Shown in pieces: positions 40,270-51,397 of a stretch of DNA of 64,000 nucleotides. Every line of letters begins with the position of its first letter. The first letter of the stretch is position 1. The notes beneath the pieces are model-generated. The model was not told the DNA's origin, ran no database searches, and saw only the letters and a program-made list of their open reading frames with translations. Location of the stretch: positions 1,313,443-1,377,442 of the forward strand of contig NW_027192191.1 in the NCBI RefSeq assembly GCF_041956535.1, read 5' to 3'. The position numbers and the translations under genes were made by a program. This stretch comes from Calcarisporiella thermophila CBS 279.70. Lineage: Eukaryota; Fungi; Calcarisporiellomycota.

Positions 40270-41293
40270 TATAGTGCAATACAATTTATTGCAGCAGCCA
40301 AGATAGATAAAGATATCTGTAATAGCTTAAAGAAATTCTTCTTTATATATACGAACCTACGTATTACTTATAGTATCGAATATATCACCATTGTAAACTT
40401 TAATATGAACACCCAATACGTTCCAGAAATTGGCGCGCGAAGGATCGGGTTTTGTAATCTTCATGAACCTCATATAAATCACCTGGTTTATATCGAAAAA
40501 AATGTATAATTTATAAATTCAGTTAACCCATTCAATGTTTTTAGCAAGCCTAACTTTTCATATTACACTTAGATAATTGATAGCAGAAACTAATGTTATC
40601 AATTTTCAAAAGTACAAATAGATTTGGTATATTCAATCAAGAATGTTACAAAAATTACAAGCCGTGTTGTGTATACACTTGAAAAAAATAGCATAATTCT
40701 TTTATCCTCCTCTAGCCATTTTCCTTAACATTATTTAAAACTATTTCAACTAATGTTATACATATTTGAAAACAAAGGAAAAAGCGCCAAACCAGTTAGA
40801 TAACCCCAACATATATTCATTAAAATAGGTAACTATTTGCTTCAGAGGTACAAAGTGCTTAACCTATTAAATTTATTGTTAACGATATATATCTACTCAT
40901 TGCTTTATAGATGACTGCTTTTATAATATATACAAGTAAATTGCAAGTGTTAAAATTGCAGGTCTACCGTATATAAGCCACAATAGATGTGCTCACTAAT
41001 TTCTGGTCCAAATCTGCGATCAACACAAGAAATGAAATTAATTCCAAAAGCGGAATTACTCTCAAAACAAATCGACACAAAGAATTTCTTAAGCATTGTT
41101 AGGTATTAAAAGAACACTGTAGAGTTGTCTCAATGGGAAGTTCCTTTTACTTCATTAAACTAGTCTAATTTTTACTGTCTACTTTCTTGTTTCTTTCTCC
41201 ACCTTTGGGACATAATATTAAAGCCCAAGCGAATGTTTTTTAGCAACTAATTGGCAGTAAATGCCAACAGCGAATGCAACTGGTCGAAAAAGG

Positions 41294-44032
41294 ATGAAAC
41301 ACCATATACTATTATTTCTGACATTACTCGCGTTACCTGAATATGCCTTGCTCGCACCCACTGACACCTCCAATACTCTTACGCCACGCTTTCACCACAC
41401 AACTACTCTCCTCGGTACGAAGAATTTGATAATTGGAGGCACTACAGATGTTTCGAATACGCTTGCCTCCACGATTATTTTCCATGATTTGCTTACTTCA
41501 ACTGCACAAGACGTACCTGCACCATCGCTTCTTGTTAGTGGACATAGCGTCATTCCCATAATGCAGAATGCAAGCATATTTCCCAATCTCCTTATAATAT
41601 TTGGCATCACGAGTTTCTCAACGAGTCCTCCAAAATTTCTGCAAAATGCTCTCCTTTACGATCCAACTCTAGGTGTCATCAACTCGTTCGAGTTTTCAGC
41701 CCCATTCCCACCACCCAGAAATGCGCAGACTGCAACTCTAGTAGGTCTGGATAAGATCGTTGTTTTAGGAGGGCTGACGGCTAATGCGCAACACGAGAAT
41801 GCAATGGAAGTCCTTGGCGACGCATGGATATTCGACCTAAAAACTATTACATGGAGTCGTATTCCAACTCTTGGATTTGAACCTGTTTTTGGCCACACGA
41901 CTGTGTCAGTTGCGGATACTTTCCTTGTATCGTGCTTTGGGATGAATGCCAAGCAAGACGAACAAAATTCTTGTACACTACTCCACCTCCCTACTCTTAA
42001 GTTTATTGAGCCTATATATACAAATGGGCTGAGACCACCACCACGCTCTTCTGCTTCTTTATTATTATCACCAGATGGAAGAACCATAATTGCATTTGGA
42101 GGAGTAAATTTCAAAACGGGACCCTACGGAGATATGTGGTTATTGGATGTAAGTCGGCTCCCGGAAATGGCTTGGAAGCCAGTGGATATGACCGACAAAG
42201 GAGGGCCAATTCCAGGTCCGAGATCGGGGCATACGGCGACAGCAGTGGGACCGGACGGTAGTGTGATGATGGTGTGGGGGGGCGCTGTGAATGAAACTGC
42301 ATTGGCCGACACGCAGGCTTATTATTACGACATGAAGACATTTACATGGGCCGATGAATCAATCATTCGGGCAATGTACAGACCGAGGCTAGTAAATACT
42401 ATTCAACAAGAGCCACTTATTCCAACCCGAGTTAACACAATAGGAATTGGCAACAATGACCTCATCGATGCAACAAAATCATCAATAGCGCAGAGACTTG
42501 AGCCAACGACAATAGTAGCTATTGGGGTCTGCGTTGGAGTAGTTTTTGCAACCGGGAGCGGCCTATTAATTTGCTTCTTTTGCAGGAGAATGAAGCGGAA
42601 TTCCAATACACAAAGTAACGAGTTTGGGACCGCATTTGAAGGAAATGGTGACGACGAAAAAAGAAAAATGCTGAAGGCTTCACCTCCCTCCACTCAAGAG
42701 AAAAAACATCATCGAGAGACGGAAGCTTATGATCCTATGGACGATTACTATTTACAGATTCCCTCGGCACCCACATTAACCATCAGTTGCCCGGAGGAAA
42801 CCGAAAGCGTGTCACCATCGAGGAATGTGGAGTCTTTAGAGTGGAGGGGTGATTTTGTGCAGGATCCTCCTACGACTAGTTGGAATCTTTCAAGGAAAGG
42901 TCGAGAAGCCATGCTGATCACAGTTGGCGAAGGAGGCTATTGCGTGTGGGTAGGAACTGAAAATATAGCTGCCTCAGAACCAATGCCCACAATACAGCAG
43001 AAGATTACTCCCTCAATCCAAATTAGTCATGCAGTTTTCCAACGAGCTCAGTCAGCTACTCCAGGAACAAAGGAGCCGCTCCAGCCAAGTGAGCAAACCA
43101 GCCCAATTAAATCGAAAACTCCAGAGCAAACCTCCAATGCACCCAAAAAGAGGTTGGGAATACGTTCCGTGGTAGATGCATTTAGTCGTCCTACACCAGT
43201 CCCTGCAGGAGAATCTAGCGGAAAGGGGCGTAACTTATTGCCAAGACGGTCGATTGGTGAGCTTGCACATCGCAAATTTCTAAAACGTGCCATCACATTC
43301 CCCGTTGTACGTAACGATTCGCCCCACATCGCCCCCTCACTCCAAGCATGTCCACTTCGAAACTCGGTTTCATCGACTGGAAAACTTTCAGTGAGATCGT
43401 TGCAGTGGGTCGGGTTCGACACATCAATGGTGGACCTTGTGGACCACAGAAGGAGCCAAGCATTGGTGGTTACAAATCAGGTTCATGCAGAGGCAAAAAA
43501 ATTTGAAAGCGAGATGGAAAGCATATCTAGAGATCCGGTTGCGTCGAAAGAGCCCAGAAATATTATATCCCAAATTGAGAGGAATACAACATACGAGGAA
43601 GATGAGCATGTGAGCACAACTGGAGCGGTAGGAGAGGATGAGGAAGGAAGTGATTATGTTCAACGCTGGTTACAAACTGATGCTAATGCAAGGCCTCCAT
43701 TCAATGAGAGCATATCTTCAAGGGGTGTACCAATTCTCTCGAAATCCGCAACTCGACCCCCAGAGGACGAAGCATGGAAACAAGAAAATCGCCATAGCTT
43801 CTGGCAATGGCATTCTCCGCCTTCACCTTCATTAAGACACAGCGTTATTTCTGTTACAACTACAATCGGTGACAGTGCTCGTCCTGCTGATATACAGACT
43901 CCAACCTCAGAATATAATAGTGACGACTGCAATTGGGACATTGATGATATAGGATTTCCACTGCCTCCAACCTATATTGAATCTGAAAAATCAAAACGGA
44001 CTTCTACCGATGCAATTGGCGTTGCGCTTTAA
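41294..44032 (+). CDS. Type I membrane protein with extracellular kelch beta-propeller and long disordered cytoplasmic tail; intronless
   Basis: Signal MKHHILLFLTLLALPEYALLA (an upstream in-frame ATG is at 41261). Kelch repeats PRFHHTTT, PRNAQTAT..VLGG, PRSSAS..FGG, PRSGHTAT..VWGG; TM IVAIGVCVGVVFATGSGLLICFFC-RRMKR. Confidence 0.8.
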   Translation: MKHHILLFLTLLALPEYALLAPTDTSNTLTPRFHHTTTLLGTKNLIIGGTTDVSNTLASTIIFHDLLTSTAQDVPAPSLLVSGHSVIPIMQNASIFPNLLIIFGITSFSTSPPKFLQNALLYDPTLGVINSFEFSAPFPPPRNAQTATLVGLDKIVVLGGLTANAQHENAMEVLGDAWIFDLKTITWSRIPTLGFEPVFGHTTVSVADTFLVSCFGMNAKQDEQNSCTLLHLPTLKFIEPIYTNGLRPPPRSSASLLLSPDGRTIIAFGGVNFKTGPYGDMWLLDVSRLPEMAWKPVDMTDKGGPIPGPRSGHTATAVGPDGSVMMVWGGAVNETALADTQAYYYDMKTFTWADESIIRAMYRPRLVNTIQQEPLIPTRVNTIGIGNNDLIDATKSSIAQRLEPTTIVAIGVCVGVVFATGSGLLICFFCRRMKRNSNTQSNEFGTAFEGNGDDEKRKMLKASPPSTQEKKHHRETEAYDPMDDYYLQIPSAPTLTISCPEETESVSPSRNVESLEWRGDFVQDPPTTSWNLSRKGREAMLITVGEGGYCVWVGTENIAASEPMPTIQQKITPSIQISHAVFQRAQSATPGTKEPLQPSEQTSPIKSKTPEQTSNAPKKRLGIRSVVDAFSRPTPVPAGESSGKGRNLLPRRSIGELAHRKFLKRAITFPVVRNDSPHIAPSLQACPLRNSVSSTGKLSVRSLQWVGFDTSMVDLVDHRRSQALVVTNQVHAEAKKFESEMESISRDPVASKEPRNIISQIERNTTYEEDEHVSTTGAVGEDEEGSDYVQRWLQTDANARPPFNESISSRGVPILSKSATRPPEDEAWKQENRHSFWQWHSPPSPSLRHSVISVTTTIGDSARPADIQTPTSEYNSDDCNWDIDDIGFPLPPTYIESEKSKRTSTDAIGVAL

Positions 44033-44356
44033 GTGGATTTTTTAAGGATCATATATTTTCACTCTTTATAAGACTTGTTTGCAATTTTTTTTTAATTTTT
44101 GCTTTTCTGCTTAAAATTTAACCAACATTGATATATTTCCTCTTCCTTTTCCATTTCTTTTCTCCTCCTTTTTATACATTTTTAAATAGAATGAAATTTG
44201 GATTGATGAAAATATTATTTCTCTACTCTAAAAAAGTTGGATACTATCAACATTATACAAGAAATATTCACCATCGTCTAAATTATCTGGGAAAAGTAGC
44301 ATACGGAAGTAATTCAATTGAATCCAGTAGGCCGGATAATTCTCTCGATTCCCTGC

Positions 44357-44992
44357 TCAACTTCTTTTTTTAGGGATTTCATGGCCAAGTATTGGCACAG
44401 AAGTTTCAGTAACAGGGATAAGTGTATCAGAGGGCGTGGGCAGATTAGATTCATCAAGTACGTATGGAATTTCATCACTCGGAAAAGAATAATCCTCGTC
44501 ATACGTGTATGGGCTATCTTCGTCAAGCGTGTAATTTTCGTCGTCGTCGATTATAATGGGAGGCTTCTCGGTAGTCGCAGTAGGTGTCTCCTCCACATAG
44601 GAGGGCGTATCAGATTTCGTGTACGAAGGATCTTCAGTGATATAATATGGAGGCTCTTCGCTAGTTGTATATGGAGGCTTCACTGTCGTCGGATATGGAA
44701 TCTCCTTACTCGTGTAAATAGTCACCGACGTGGTGTACGGTTTTGAGACTACCATGGTTCTTGTGTCATAGATTGTCCGAACATTGTCTTTGCAATTGTG
44801 GGGGCGACGATGACAGTTGTTTTTATGATGCCCTCGATTTTTACAGCTATGCTTCCCATGGTGTTTCCCATGATGCTTTCCACGGTGATGCTTATTGTGT
44901 TTTCCGTGGTGTCTCCCTTTCTTATTGTGGGCAAGTGCGCCAACCACCAGGAAGAGCAGCGTACAAAGCGTAATAAGCGCGCTGATTTTCAT
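44357..44992 (-). CDS. Secreted His/Lys-rich plus acidic Pro/Thr/Tyr-rich protein; intronless
   Basis: Signal peptide ending GALA, HHGK repeats, PYTT/PYY segments, acidic tail, xEIP motifs. Confidence 0.75.
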   Translation of the reverse strand: MKISALITLCTLLFLVVGALAHNKKGRHHGKHNKHHRGKHHGKHHGKHSCKNRGHHKNNCHRRPHNCKDNVRTIYDTRTMVVSKPYTTSVTIYTSKEIPYPTTVKPPYTTSEEPPYYITEDPSYTKSDTPSYVEETPTATTEKPPIIIDDDENYTLDEDSPYTYDEDYSFPSDEIPYVLDESNLPTPSDTLIPVTETSVPILGHEIPKKRS

Positions 44993-46247
44993 TTCATGTG
45001 TTTGTAAAAATCAACAATTTTTAAAAAGGGATTTGGTTGTTTGATTCCTCTTATACTCAATTTCATTTGCATTTGCCACCAAACCCCTCCAAAAAAGTCG
45101 TGTAAATTAAAAATGATTATGAAATTTCCGATCTACGTAGGGGGGAGAGGGAGTAAAAAAATGGTAGGGGGGTTGAATATTTATGCATAAGGAGTGCTGA
45201 GCTTGGATATCTACCCGTAAGATAATTTTGTTAACTTTTACTAGATAAATGAGCCATGACTAACACGTTTAACGCTTTGACGGAATAACTTAGCGACAAA
45301 AAAAAATTACTAAAAATTGTGTGTAATTGAATCTACCAGTATTGCTAGGAGTTTTTGCTTCAAAATGTTAAGTAACAGGGGTTTTGGGCGATAAAATTCA
45401 ATAATGACCTAGTGTAACTCACTAGTCAATCTCAGCAATATTTAGCAGGGAACTCTTACAATAAACAAGGCCAAGTATCCTAAAATGTCACTCAAGTTCA
45501 CGTGTGATGGCTGGTTTTATGATGTTCTCTCGATTCAAACTTTCTAAATCCATCGTAAAACAGAAAATAGGATGGATTAAATAATACTATTTGGGTTAAT
45601 GCATATAATTGAAGCCTATCAACACGACGGAAAATAATCTCAATTACTCGAAAATATCTCTATGATGTCACTCGGTTTTATTCAGCCATATCTCCAGTTG
45701 AACAGAGAATTTGAATAATCGATCAATTTAGACTCGAATTATACAGAGAAAACCAAGAGAACAGTGAGATAAACTTTTGCTTTATTCCTTTATATATAAA
45801 AACATTATCAATTCAATATCAACAAAAACATTAAATTAACTTGATCACTTTCAGAAAAAAAAAATCTAAAATAATCGCACTATTCCAAATATTTCTTATA
45901 TTAGTATACAGTAGATTTTTTCCTTTGGGTCTGGGGGTCCACCTCTTCTTTCTATATTTCAATATAGTATCAGCTAATTAATTTAAATTATATAGGTTGA
46001 GTGGCTCTTCCCATTTTTCAAGTTAAACACAAAGGGCCATCAAGTTTTACAAATTCACTAGCTTTATTAAAATAATGTAGAGCAATCTTTAAACTAAAAT
46101 TTCGCGACGTTTTTTTTTTTGCGTAATGTTTGGTGTTTTTACCGGTTATATATATATGTGACTATTACTATTAGTTTTACAATACGTAAAAATTAATCGA
46201 TTCTTTATTAATTACTCAAATATTTCGTTTGCTTTTAAAAAAAAATA

Positions 46248-47393
46248 TTACTCGACAGCAGAATAAGCAACATCTGGCTCCACAACCACTCCCTCAGATC
46301 CTGTTACTGTCACATAGCCAGGTGGAAAAGTGCTCTGAGGATAAGATGAAGGTTCCACGGAAGTATATTGAGAAGGTTGTGGTAGCGAAGGCGTAAGTAG
46401 GTAGGTTGTAGAGGGTTTAGGATATTTAGTCCGAGACTTTCGAGGAACATAAGAGATGAAGCGAATTTCACAACAACGTTCATAAACTGCACGACCGATT
46501 CTGAATTGTCTACAGAATTTCTTCGGTTTTGATCCTGGTCTAGATGGCAGAGAGGGGATTGGCGTTTCTGTAGGTTGAGCAATGGACGTTGCAGTCTGAG
46601 TTACAGGGATTTCGTGTACAGGGATTTCATGTGAAGCGGTTCGTGTAATAGTGGGTTGTGAATAAGGATCTGTTTCGCCTGTAGAAGAAGAGGACGGATA
46701 AGTGGACAGAGGGTCGGCAGGGATTTCGTGATTCAGTGTGGGCGAAGGCAAATCTGTCGTTCCCTCGGATGAGGACGAGCTAATGCTCGGTTGTGTTGTC
46801 GATAAAGTTCCTCGTTGAGGAATTTCATGTATGCGGGTCGTAGCTGTTGCTGAGGGCTGGTTAGGGTCTGGTGTTTCAATTGGTGAGGAGGGAGGATAAG
46901 AGGGGTGTGTATCTGTAGGAATCTCATTAGGAACTTCGTGTGTGCTCGTTGTTGTAGTCGTGGGCTGATATGGTTCTGGTGTTTTTATCGGAGTGGAAGA
47001 TGGAGAATCAGATTGTGTTTCAGTAGGAATCTCATGAAGTGGGCTTTCGTGCGTGCTCATTGTTGTAGGCGTGGGTTGATATGGATCTGGTGTTTCTATA
47101 GAAGAAGAGGGGGGATATGCAGGCCCTGATTCCGTGGGGATTTCATGAGAAGGAGTAGCGCTAGGTGAGGTCTGATAAGGGTCCTCAGTTTCAACGGACG
47201 GGTAAGGAGAGTCAGGGTACGATATTGTAGGGGTTTCATAGGTAAACGATGGGAGTGTAGGTTGCACAGTGGTGGGCACATAGGGGACAGGTGGTGCTTG
47301 AGGGATTTCATGGGCTGCAGAGGCGAATCCGATGTTAGCAACGTTGGTTACCCAAAGGAGAAGACTGGTGCCGATGAGAGAAATAGTGCGCAT
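46248..47393 (-). CDS. Secreted Pro/Ser/Thr-rich HEIP-repeat protein; intronless
   Basis: Signal peptide ending ASAA; 7 exact HEIP plus HEVP/NEIP/HESP; basic Cys-containing segment KKFCRQFRIGRAVYERCC. Confidence 0.78.
   Translation of the reverse strand: MRTISLIGTSLLLWVTNVANIGFASAAHEIPQAPPVPYVPTTVQPTLPSFTYETPTISYPDSPYPSVETEDPYQTSPSATPSHEIPTESGPAYPPSSSIETPDPYQPTPTTMSTHESPLHEIPTETQSDSPSSTPIKTPEPYQPTTTTTSTHEVPNEIPTDTHPSYPPSSPIETPDPNQPSATATTRIHEIPQRGTLSTTQPSISSSSSEGTTDLPSPTLNHEIPADPLSTYPSSSSTGETDPYSQPTITRTASHEIPVHEIPVTQTATSIAQPTETPIPSLPSRPGSKPKKFCRQFRIGRAVYERCCEIRFISYVPRKSRTKYPKPSTTYLLTPSLPQPSQYTSVEPSSYPQSTFPPGYVTVTGSEGVVVEPDVAYSAVE
46850..47150 (-). repeat. Degenerate coding tandem repeat, ~108-111 nt unit
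   Basis: Recurring gtRggRatYtcat at ~46915, 47023, 47134 and three copies of tctggtgttt, encoding HEIPT.....P.S.PIETP.PYQP. Confidence 0.75.
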
Positions 47394-48727
47394 TATTAAA
47401 GATCCACCAGGTTTAAAGCTAAATTACGGAGAAAAAAAGTTAAAAAGGATATTTGTAAAATTTATCTTGGCATACGCAACTATTTATACGGAAAAAGCTT
47501 GCCAATTTTTCAGTTGCTTGTTTGAAACATAAACCTCTATCCGCCAAATTTTATACTTAAACAGCTCTTTGCAAGTCCTATTATTATTCTTATCAACGTT
47601 AAGCTTGGCTGGATTTTTCTACTTTGGTTTGCGGCCTCCTGTTTCGGGGAAACATGTAATCCGTGGATCAAAAATGGCAGGTGCCGCTCTTTTGGCGCAG
47701 TAAATTCCGTTCCAACTATCGAATGTCCGACAGGTTCAAGTTCAAACACATTATGTCATTTGCAATATTTCATAATCTACGGTTTTCGTGGGAACAACAA
47801 AACCGCTCTATGAAACAGATTTAGCCAATTTTAACCTGGAATCGGTATAATAAAATCAATTGATTCACCCATATTATGGAACCTAAGTAGATAACCGGGG
47901 CATGATCGACGGATTTCTATAGTCTAGAGCTCATTTCGTCCAAGTTAAAAAAAAAAGAGGGGGGAGGGGGATAAATACCCACAGAAGAAACCACTTGGGT
48001 TGTAACTCAGGTTGTGGAAGTATCTTCATGTTGACTGCTGTGCGGTAATGAACATGTTTTACTTTGGAGTAGACCCTGGTTTTACATAATCACATCTTTA
48101 TCTCCATATCATGCTTCAATATTGTAGTTAATTTCCAGTTAAACATGCGTAATTATAGCTAGCACTTAACGAAATATTGCGAATATATAATTGTATAATT
48201 TTCAGTCAACGGCAAAGTATACTATACCATGGCATTTTGTAATTACCTGATATGAATCCTAGCTAGTAAAATCGATGTAAATCCAATCCAAGAATACTTT
48301 CCCCAGACGGAGTTGTCCATTACGTTCTTTTTAGCACACCTATAAAACCGAGGTAAAACAACATCAATAGAACCATTTCTTATAATAGTTGTTGCTATTT
48401 TTAAAACAAAAGGGCGATTACTGCCTAGAAAATAAGGGAAGTTTATTGCCTGCATTTTTTTAAAAAATGCAATAAGGTTTAAGATAATGCACCAATATAT
48501 ATACATAAGAGACGAAAAACCCCTGACATTAGCCTGAGAATAAAATAAACCTCATATGAAGCAAGGCAAAAGTTAAGACAGCTATAAACAATGAAAGTGG
48601 GATTCTTTATAAAGGTGCGAAGAAGTAACAGCTTTCCATGCATAAATAGAGCATGATTTAAAGAAGATATCAGAAAGAATGAAAAAAGGGTAGCTTGTCA
48701 TAAATCAATGAGGTTTGGGGAGAGCAC

Positions 48728-49542
48728 TTAATTTGCCTTCCAAGCAATGAACACATAAATCTCCTCGCTGTTCCAAACTTTGTCCTGTTCTTCTGATTTC
48801 ACATCCTTAAATACCCATCCTGCCTCCCTCATTGCGCGGAAAAACTCTGTCTCTCGCTCAAAATTGCGAGTTTCATATGCCATCAAAATCATCGTGCGAC
48901 GGCTCGAAAGAGAGCCAATTGAGGTAACTAATGGGTCATACAGATCCTCGAACGCGATGCAGTCAGAGAGGAGAATAAGATCGGGGGATGGCATTCCAGT
49001 TGGAAAGGGTTTTTCCCAGTCCAATTCGCGGACAACAACCTTGCCCCGAGCATCAGGTCCAGCGAAACGATTTTTTAGTATATTCTTTTCAAGGAGAGGA
49101 AGACATGAGGCCTTGTCGGTCGCATAAACTTTGACCTTTGGGAAACATCGCGCAAAAACCATGGAAACAAGACCAGTTCCAGCACCTAGTTCAAGAGCGC
49201 ATTTAAACTCTGGATCGCGAATATGTCGCAAGAGGCGACTTGTAGCAGTCTCTGAGCTTCTTATTGCTTCGTCAGTCTCTGATGGCTGCTCTTCCAAGTT
49301 GGAGGCAGTAAGTTTCTCTATTAACTTCGATAAAACAAGTGCAGAGTCCCATACAGTGCTCCCAATACCACAAGCCCTACATACAACAATAATGAGTGAA
49401 TTTTTAAACTGATTAATTGTAGAGGAATATAATCTCAAGAGATTTACAAATTGCCGCTTGGATCTTCTTGAATGTCTAGCTGTTCAGCATTTCCGAGAAA
49501 CTCATAAGTTCTAATGGTGGTTTCCCTCTTTTCGGATATCAT
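48728..49542 (-). CDS. METTL21/family-16 protein-lysine methyltransferase; one intron
   Basis: GIGSTVWDSALVL, motif I LELGAGTGLV, ATD, LDW, DLILLSDC (DxxY/F-type motif DCIAF). Confidence 0.85.
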
Positions 49543-50257
49543 ATTATTCTTTCGATTTTCAAAGCGAAATGTACCTAAAAGAAATAGAGCAAAGAGCGTA
49601 ATGAGATATAAATTGCTCTCTTCAAGAAGCTGTGGCGTAATTCTCCATGTCATTCGAATTCAGCCACAAGAAATTTCATTTAACACTTATCGAGAAAATG
49701 GCCAAGGATCATCGAGGTAGTGGGACTATAGAAAAGGATTAAGAAACTAATGAACATAGTGTTTGGACATTAATTCATAGATGCGGAGAATTGGAAACCA
49801 ACCGATAAATCCTAACTCTTATCAACATCATGATTAATTAACTAGAGACTATACAGTAATTTCGGTCCTACTGAATGGTTAAGGGATTGATTTAAATCGC
49901 AAAAATTGCTTGCAGGATCCCATATAAATATTCTCGAACGAAAATGTAAAAATTTTTAAAAACCTTTAATTATCAGAAGACAAAGCTGATATAAAACTAA
50001 TTTCTAACATGGGGAGATAAGAAGCCCGAATTCGCAAGACATGACCATCAATACTAATTTTGTTGATGAAAATGAATTAGTTTAGGGGGGGTCTTTAATA
50101 TATATCTCGCAAAAAAGTTACAATAGTAGACTAATTATTATTTGGTAGCATAGCAATTAAACAATTTGAGTGCTATAGCAAATCACAACCAGAGTATTGG
50201 TGAATTATATCTATTTATTTAAACATATTTGTATTTATAATATGCAGAATAAAAGCG

Positions 50258-51210
50258 TTATACTTCGTGAAGCTCCCCCTTGTACCAGTAGCAGCTGAGT
50301 TTAACCTGGAATTCGGCCATTTGCACGTAAAAATGTTTCTATATGGGAACAAAGGTTTGTTTAGTGACCATTCTGCAAATATAACTTCTTAATATTATTA
50401 CCAAAAGGTGCGCCTGATTCGGAGTCAAAACATCACCAACTTTGCAAATAGTGTATTCCGTAGGCAGTGTCACTACTCCATTTTTCAATATTGTGGGCAT
50501 TCCGAGTGCACGTAACTGGGGTTCCATATTGTGAGGGAAAGGATCCTCACCGCGTAATACGGTGCCAGCTGGAATAGTGACTGTTGCTGTGGCGACGAAC
50601 CCCGCACGTGCATAGTCCTTTTGCCGGAATGCCTCGAAGTATTGGATAACTTCCTCGGGTGGGGTATTAGTGAAAAGTAATCCTACTTCACCAATCATTT
50701 TCTGACAAAAACAAAAGATAGAAAAAGAAGCATAAGCTATCATTCTGTGAATATAAAGGAGGATTATCATTCAATTAAACACTCTACCTCTGCCAGAGTT
50801 CGCAAATTTTCCCTATACTCTTCCTCTGGTGTTGTACCAAGAGCCTTAGACATGACCTTGGTCCGCCCAAAAAAGAATCTGATTATGAGGAAAAAAATGG
50901 AGAATTAGAGTCTATTTGACAGAAAGAGAGTGTAGAGATCAAAGCTCCTCATACCTGCTTGTTTTCCACTCTGTTCGAACATCTTTCAAGTAAGTGTTGC
51001 GCATATTCTCAACGGAGAACATCCAGATATATGCAAAATTGTCTACGGCATCACGAATCTGTTGAAATAATGCCTCTTTACCCTCGCGACCTTTCTTCTC
51101 CGTCTTGGAGAGAGTAACTGAGATTTTAAAACAAAAATAAGATGTAATATGTGCTAATAGAGTTTCCACTAGATATACTAACCAACTTTTGATCTCTTTG
51201 ATTTCGGCAT
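50258..51210 (-). CDS. MRT4: Ribosome assembly factor Mrt4
   Basis: MPKSKRSKVVTLSKTEKKGRE, NMRNTYLK, FFGRTKVM, GEVGLLFTN, DYARAG, HNMEPQLRALGMPT. Confidence 0.95.
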
Positions 51211-51335
51211 TATATTTAAACTAAGGAAATGAAGTGAATGAAGGGATCGAAGGTCTAAACTCGAGCAAAAATATAAAAGCAGTCCCCTAAGTAAACAAAG
51301 TAGGGGAGAGAGATCTAAATGGTCGCATAAAGATC

Positions 51336-51343
51336 CAGTCACA
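51336..51343 (+). promoter_or_regulatory. HomolD-like box in MRT4/SAP bidirectional promoter
   Basis: Exact CAGTCACA in the 187-bp divergent spacer. Confidence 0.45.
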
Positions 51344-51397
51344 AATTTGTTTCTTGTCTATTCAAACTTTAAATCCTCTATGAAAATAGTTTAGAAA

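Noticed and set aside
39368-40301. Four long ORFs of 285-303 aa in the ORF track
   Set aside because: Artefacts of translating the N gap (poly-X).
46248-47393. Kex2-processed repeat peptide/dikaritin RiPP precursor
   Set aside because: No KR/RR between repeats and no DUF3328-type or other tailoring oxidase gene nearby.
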